Virus record (IMG/VR): IMGVR_UViG_3300029260_000512
Span: 1-42,997 of that record
Length of the DNA: 42,997 nt
Reading direction: 5' to 3' (one strand)
Origin: a virus
Under the pieces are notes generated by a model that saw nothing but the letters and a program-made list of their open reading frames with translations, was not told the origin of the DNA and did not search any database. Below are positions 39,801 through 42,997 of the stretch, in pieces. The first letter of the stretch is position 1; each line of letters begins with the position of its first letter. The position numbers were made by a program, and so were the translations under genes.

Positions 39801-42213
39801 TAATGGTTCCTTCGGCCAAGGCGCGATCCAGCACCGCTAGGCGTTCGATGTATTCCGCGTGGTCAGCCAGAAGCGGGTCCATCTCCTGCTGAACGCCTAC
39901 CAGGGCTTTTGCTTGGGCTTCGGCGGCTTGCTGGGCGGCTTGGGCTTGGCGTTGCGCGGTGCGCTCGGCTTCCTCGGCAGCGCGGCGTGATTCGGCGGCG
40001 GCTTCCTGCTGGGCTTTGCGCTGGTCTTTCAGCGCTTCATCCTGCACGGCCAAAAATACACTAACGCCACGCAGGTAGGCGGGCACATCCTCGCCCATCG
40101 CGTCTAGTGCGCGGTTAGCCGCGCCCATAGCTGAGCCACCGTCACGGGTGGCGGCGATGCTTTCGCGTAGGCGGTCGTTGTATTTCTTCCACGCATCCAG
40201 GGTGGTAGCTGAGGGCGCGCCACCGTTGACGGCTTGGCCGCTATTCTCGGCACCTTGGGCCACATCGTTAAACGCTGTTTCAAGCGTCTGCAGCAGCCCG
40301 CCAAGCTCTTCTACCGTAATGCTGCCTTCGCTGTATTCTGCTGCCCACAAGCGAATTTGACGCAGCGCACTATCGGGAACACCTAACTGATCCTGCAAGC
40401 CATTCAGCAGCTCATCAAGGCTTTGCGCGCCGCTCTCTACCGCCTCAAATCCGGCATTCACTTCATCAAAAAACGCACGCGCTTCGGCACCGCTAGCACC
40501 CTCAAAGCCGATGCTTAACACCTCTTCGCGGATTTTAGACAGCGCGCTACGGGCTTTTTCGACTTCCTCTTGGTAGCGGTCGCCCCACTTGATCATTGCC
40601 GCCCGCTGGCTTTCCACGCTCAGCTCTTTAAAGTCCGCAATCACTGTTTCAAGCGGGGCGTTCATATCGGTTAGCGAGCTGCTAACGTCGTCGCTGCTAT
40701 CGCGGAACAGGAAAAACGCCGTAGCGGCCAGCGTGGCCACGCCAAGGGGGCCACCCACTAACGCCATTGCACCAGCCGCGCCACGGCTAACCGCCGTTAG
40801 CGTGCGCTGGGTAGCCGTGTTCGCGGCCACCGCTGCCGTGTTGGCTGTCGCGGCGGCAGTGGTGGCGGTGGTGGCCCGCGCAAGATCCACCTTAGCAGCG
40901 GATAGCGTGCGGGCACTGGCGGCGCTTTGCACTTCGGCAGCATTCAAGGCGCGCTGAGCGGCGGCAGACTGAGTAGTTAACGCCATTTCAGTACGGCGAA
41001 TTTCCGCTAACCGCGTGAGCGATTGCTGCCGCCCGGTCGCGCTAATCTGTGCTTGCAGGCGCTGGGTTTCCAGCACGCGCTCTGCGGCCATTTGCTGCTG
41101 TGTGAGCTGAATAGAGCGCAGCTGAGAAGCCGCCTGCACCTGCGCTGCCTGCGCACGCTGTGCCGCATTCGCGGCGCTATTCAATGCCGCGACGCGCTCA
41201 GCCTCGGCACGGCGGGCCGTGGCCAGCGCCGCCCCGGCTTCACGCTCGGCGGTGATGCCTGCTTGAATGGCTACGGCGCGGTCTGCCTGCACTTTTTTGA
41301 TGCTGGCCAACGCAGAAGCGCCAAGAGCGTTTACCAGCCTTACGCCCAAAACAGTGCTTAACAACACCGCGCCATTGGCAACAGATCCCACAACTTCTTC
41401 AATGCCGCCATAGGCGGAAACTACCGTTACAGCACTTTCAGATAACGACACCAGAGAGGGCGCAAGATCTACTGCAACGGTATTAGCAAAGCCAGACGCT
41501 ATTGCATTTAAATTGTTTAATGCCTGATTGGCCTCTTTAAGGCTCTCAATATCAGACTGAGAAACAGTAATTCCAAGTTGCTCAGCTAATAGAATTTGCT
41601 GTCGTAGAGCCTCAGCATTGTCATCTAAGAGGGGTATTAGCAGGCTGGCATCATTAGCCAGCGACTCCATGAAAAAGATTTTTTCGCCCTGAGTGGCAAC
41701 GTCATCAAGAGCCTTGCCAATAGCCAGCAGCTGCTGGTCTGGGCTCATGCCCATTAGCTCATCAATGTTGAGGGTCAGGCGCTCAAAAAGGTCAGCAGCC
41801 TCACCCCCGCCAGTCGCGACAAAATCACCGATTTTTTCTGATACATCTTTGAAGATGTCGCCCATCTTCCCAGCGCCAAGGTTGACGCTTTGAGCTGCAA
41901 ATTCCCACTGCTGCAGAGTTTGCAAGCTAACGCCAATGGATCGAGAAAGAGCATCTTGCTCGGCAATATTGCGGGTTTGGCTAATAGCCATAGTGGCCAT
42001 AGCAGCCGCTGAAGCAGCAGTAAACGTAGCAAGGCGCTGAGCATGCACACCAACGCTTTCGTAGCTTGACGCCATTTCCTCACTTTGCCGCTGGGCGCGC
42101 TGCATTTCCTGCGTTAATTCTGCGTTGGCCTGCTCTAAATCACGGGTGGCCTTTACGCCACTAGAACTGTCGCCCTTAATAACAAACTCAGTGGTGTATT
42201 GCTTTGACGACAT
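36823..42213 (-). CDS. Tape measure protein
   Basis: 1796 aa. It has an Ala/Gln-rich coiled-coil and an internal Gly-rich hydrophobic block (GGGGGGFNLNG...GFGASAAAPIGY...). Lies downstream of G/G-T. Confidence 0.85.
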   Translation of the reverse strand: MSSKQYTTEFVIKGDSSSGVKATRDLEQANAELTQEMQRAQRQSEEMASSYESVGVHAQRLATFTAASAAAMATMAISQTRNIAEQDALSRSIGVSLQTLQQWEFAAQSVNLGAGKMGDIFKDVSEKIGDFVATGGGEAADLFERLTLNIDELMGMSPDQQLLAIGKALDDVATQGEKIFFMESLANDASLLIPLLDDNAEALRQQILLAEQLGITVSQSDIESLKEANQALNNLNAIASGFANTVAVDLAPSLVSLSESAVTVVSAYGGIEEVVGSVANGAVLLSTVLGVRLVNALGASALASIKKVQADRAVAIQAGITAEREAGAALATARRAEAERVAALNSAANAAQRAQAAQVQAASQLRSIQLTQQQMAAERVLETQRLQAQISATGRQQSLTRLAEIRRTEMALTTQSAAAQRALNAAEVQSAASARTLSAAKVDLARATTATTAAATANTAAVAANTATQRTLTAVSRGAAGAMALVGGPLGVATLAATAFFLFRDSSDDVSSSLTDMNAPLETVIADFKELSVESQRAAMIKWGDRYQEEVEKARSALSKIREEVLSIGFEGASGAEARAFFDEVNAGFEAVESGAQSLDELLNGLQDQLGVPDSALRQIRLWAAEYSEGSITVEELGGLLQTLETAFNDVAQGAENSGQAVNGGAPSATTLDAWKKYNDRLRESIAATRDGGSAMGAANRALDAMGEDVPAYLRGVSVFLAVQDEALKDQRKAQQEAAAESRRAAEEAERTAQRQAQAAQQAAEAQAKALVGVQQEMDPLLADHAEYIERLAVLDRALAEGTISEEAYGEAVRWSAEQYQRAATGAEEYEKQTAALVGKYDSHRQKVEALAAELQQINERYAAGEMGAAQYARMVEGVREAQYELALETNDLAQILDDMVENTGQRLDDAGVEMFKGLLTGAGNAMDQLEDLLISSIAEIGNALLLRPLTVQITGQLQGLLGQQVTGMSGGGGGGFNLNGMGSLFNGAKKLPYVGDAISGIGSALGFGASAAAPIGYASGFGAAAATGTYTGFAGSAAAGAAAAGGGGLMGAASAAMPWVGGALLVDNVLGLGITDGIVKGISSLFGGGKTAPKFELATVDSNTRGHGVFEDYGSGVVSRGAFGAVGFTDEGTARLEETFGGFENATAFLDSITAMDNALAAVAGSEQELDAMTEAVRAVRLNASDAAGIANQLATRTLAVVDVIDGDFSASLRGLGLNAEQITGRVVQAANAMQLLDSNSARLNLQFDASAAGAMRAADGMAQLMGGVGNLNASLGSFYDAFYTEEEKLRHLAEDLSSTFASMGRELPTTREGVRDVVESLELMGAAGQEQLATILQLNGPLAQYIAAMEEQRAAAVESGEAIDDNAESMRAMADIARERAGLERELLSLQGNTAELRRRELASLDPSNQALQSHIWALGDVQSAYQQVEKAVNAERQILENAYRATTASINANISTVQQAMQESTAVADTLSNSLDTLLNARRRESMASRRAAQDYLQSTLASGGLGDSAQLEQALGVVSEPSEGLFSSFTDYQRDFYQTANVIAALEERAEAQVSVEEQSLKALENQLQAAERQYAREMESLDSMLVQQQLQIENELGQMAWLESINGSVLGVGEAIGGLQSAISSAISSAAASAASAAKAASEASRASAASSSSSGYRVVDNGDSATYFTPGGGSHTVQGSGAADLLRRTYANQLDGSHADGLWSVPFDGYRAELHRSETVLPAPAAQAFRDFAGSGGGGGEMLKAFQQLIKHVENLEKEVGELKSINKGTASHTSKIASTVDRMRRETME

Positions 42214-42239
42214 AGCGGCTTACCTCAAATTTCAGGCAT

Positions 42240-42262
42240 AAAAAACCCGCCAAGTGGCGGGC
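42240..42262 (-). terminator. Intrinsic terminator CCCGCC-ACTT-GGCGGG-T6 between the moron and the tape measure gene
   Basis: Read on the minus strand, 27 nt upstream of the tape measure ATG. Confidence 0.75.
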
Positions 42263-42300
42263 TGTTTGAATGTTTGCTGTGAAGGGCTAAAACATAAGGG

Positions 42301-42960
42301 TTACACCAACTGCAAAAGCGCCCCTCTAAGGGCTTCTATCCGGGTGTAGTCTGCGGGGTTAACCTGTTGCCCATTACCTGAACTGGCAATATGGCCCTTG
42401 ATACGATCCACCATAAACATCTTCATAGAGCCGCTTTTCAGGCACTGCGCTTTTAAAAACACACGGCCACCCTTAGTGCTTATACGTTGGATGCTCACAT
42501 GCTGCTTTCGCGGGGCCGGGTCGCTTTGGCCTTGATAACTGAAAAACACCTCTACCGGCTGCTCTAAGTCGTCAGCCATCGGCTTAGCAATAGGCTTTGA
42601 CGGCCTAGCCGCTGGCATCGGCTGGGCGGGCAGATCAGGCGGTGCAGGGTCTGATTTTTCAGCCTCTCTTTTCAGCTTTTCCTCTGCATTCACTTTCTCT
42701 AATTGCCGATGAATATCGTCTTGATCAAAGCGCTTCTTCTTGCTCTGATTAGAGCTAAATACAGATAACCAAACGCCAAGCCCAACAATAGCCAGTGCGC
42801 CGAAAAAGACACCTAAGACCTCAAGCCATCCATATAAGCTCACACCCAAAAGCAATAGAAAAAGCGCAAGAAAACCTGAAATAACCTTCATCACTCCAGG
42901 TAAAAGTTTGGTGGCATACAGCAGCACCACCAAGATTAGAAACAGCAGAAACACCACCAT
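42301..42960 (-). CDS. Moron: polytopic membrane protein with a C-terminal WYL-like domain
   Basis: 219 aa. It has three predicted TM helices at the N-terminus, a charged linker and a C-terminal VEVFFSYQG...RKQHVSIQRI...RVFLKAQCLKSGSMKMFMVDRIKG resembling the WYL-domain pattern. It has its own promoter-like and terminator elements. Confidence 0.6.
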   Translation of the reverse strand: MVVFLLFLILVVLLYATKLLPGVMKVISGFLALFLLLLGVSLYGWLEVLGVFFGALAIVGLGVWLSVFSSNQSKKKRFDQDDIHRQLEKVNAEEKLKREAEKSDPAPPDLPAQPMPAARPSKPIAKPMADDLEQPVEVFFSYQGQSDPAPRKQHVSIQRISTKGGRVFLKAQCLKSGSMKMFMVDRIKGHIASSGNGQQVNPADYTRIEALRGALLQLV

Positions 42961-42997
42961 GACAGCCCCCTAGCGTTATTTGTTGGCAGGTATCCAA
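42857..42997. repeat. Terminal overlap copy B, identical to 1..141
   Basis: Same 141-bp string as the window start. Confidence 0.9.

Noticed and set aside
1-42997. Search for a second, remote VR, and for tRNA or rRNA genes
   Set aside because: By eye I found no further copy of TR core strings such as ACCAAAGCCCGGCA or GCGAGACGCGCCCCGA outside the TR and VR. I also found no cloverleaf-like tRNA candidates. This was a visual scan only and should be confirmed computationally.

Overview
The window is a complete, circularly closed temperate phage genome. Bases 1..141 are identical to 42857..42997, so the unique length is about 42,856 bp. It is high-GC and probably from a gammaproteobacterial host. 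Three parts stand out.

(1) A lambda-like late operon lies on the minus strand and wraps through the window junction. It runs pinholin, SAR endolysin, overlapping spanins, Nu1-like and gpA-like terminase, gpW, portal, ClpP-like protease/scaffold, decoration protein, gpE-like capsid, FII/Z/U-like connectors, major tail, and G/G-T chaperones with a canonical -1 frameshift site. These are followed by a membrane-protein moron, a 1796-aa tape measure and two tail-tip proteins.

(2) A complete diversity-generating retroelement (DGR) sits at the end of the tail module. It comprises a 664-aa tail-fibre target with a C-terminal variable repeat (VR), an Avd-like gene, a 111-bp template repeat (TR) and a reverse transcriptase. 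TR and VR differ at 16 positions, and every one is a TR adenine.

(3) A plasmid-type maintenance block spans about 24.3-31.2 kb. It holds a ParA plus a ribbon-helix-helix partner behind a heptad-flanked promoter, a GNAT/DUF1778 toxin-antitoxin pair, a serine resolvase, and an IncFII-like RepA. RepA has a downstream origin (perfect DnaA box, AT-rich region) and a leader stem-loop with a UUGGCG loop that suggests antisense-RNA copy control. The element also carries a P4-type integrase and a CI/Cro-like switch, so it looks like a phage-plasmid with mixed lifestyle signals.

Other observations worth a second look:
- a dispersed ~33-bp palindrome-plus-TATAAC module upstream of at least six transcription units
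- a perfect LexA box in front of a small gene upstream of repA
- a highly structured 250-nt leader with twin UUUGGAAG loops
- a duplicated small-gene cassette
- a second UUGGCG/CGCCAA hairpin that may define a small RNA

All functional calls come from reading the translations and motifs by eye. No database search was run.
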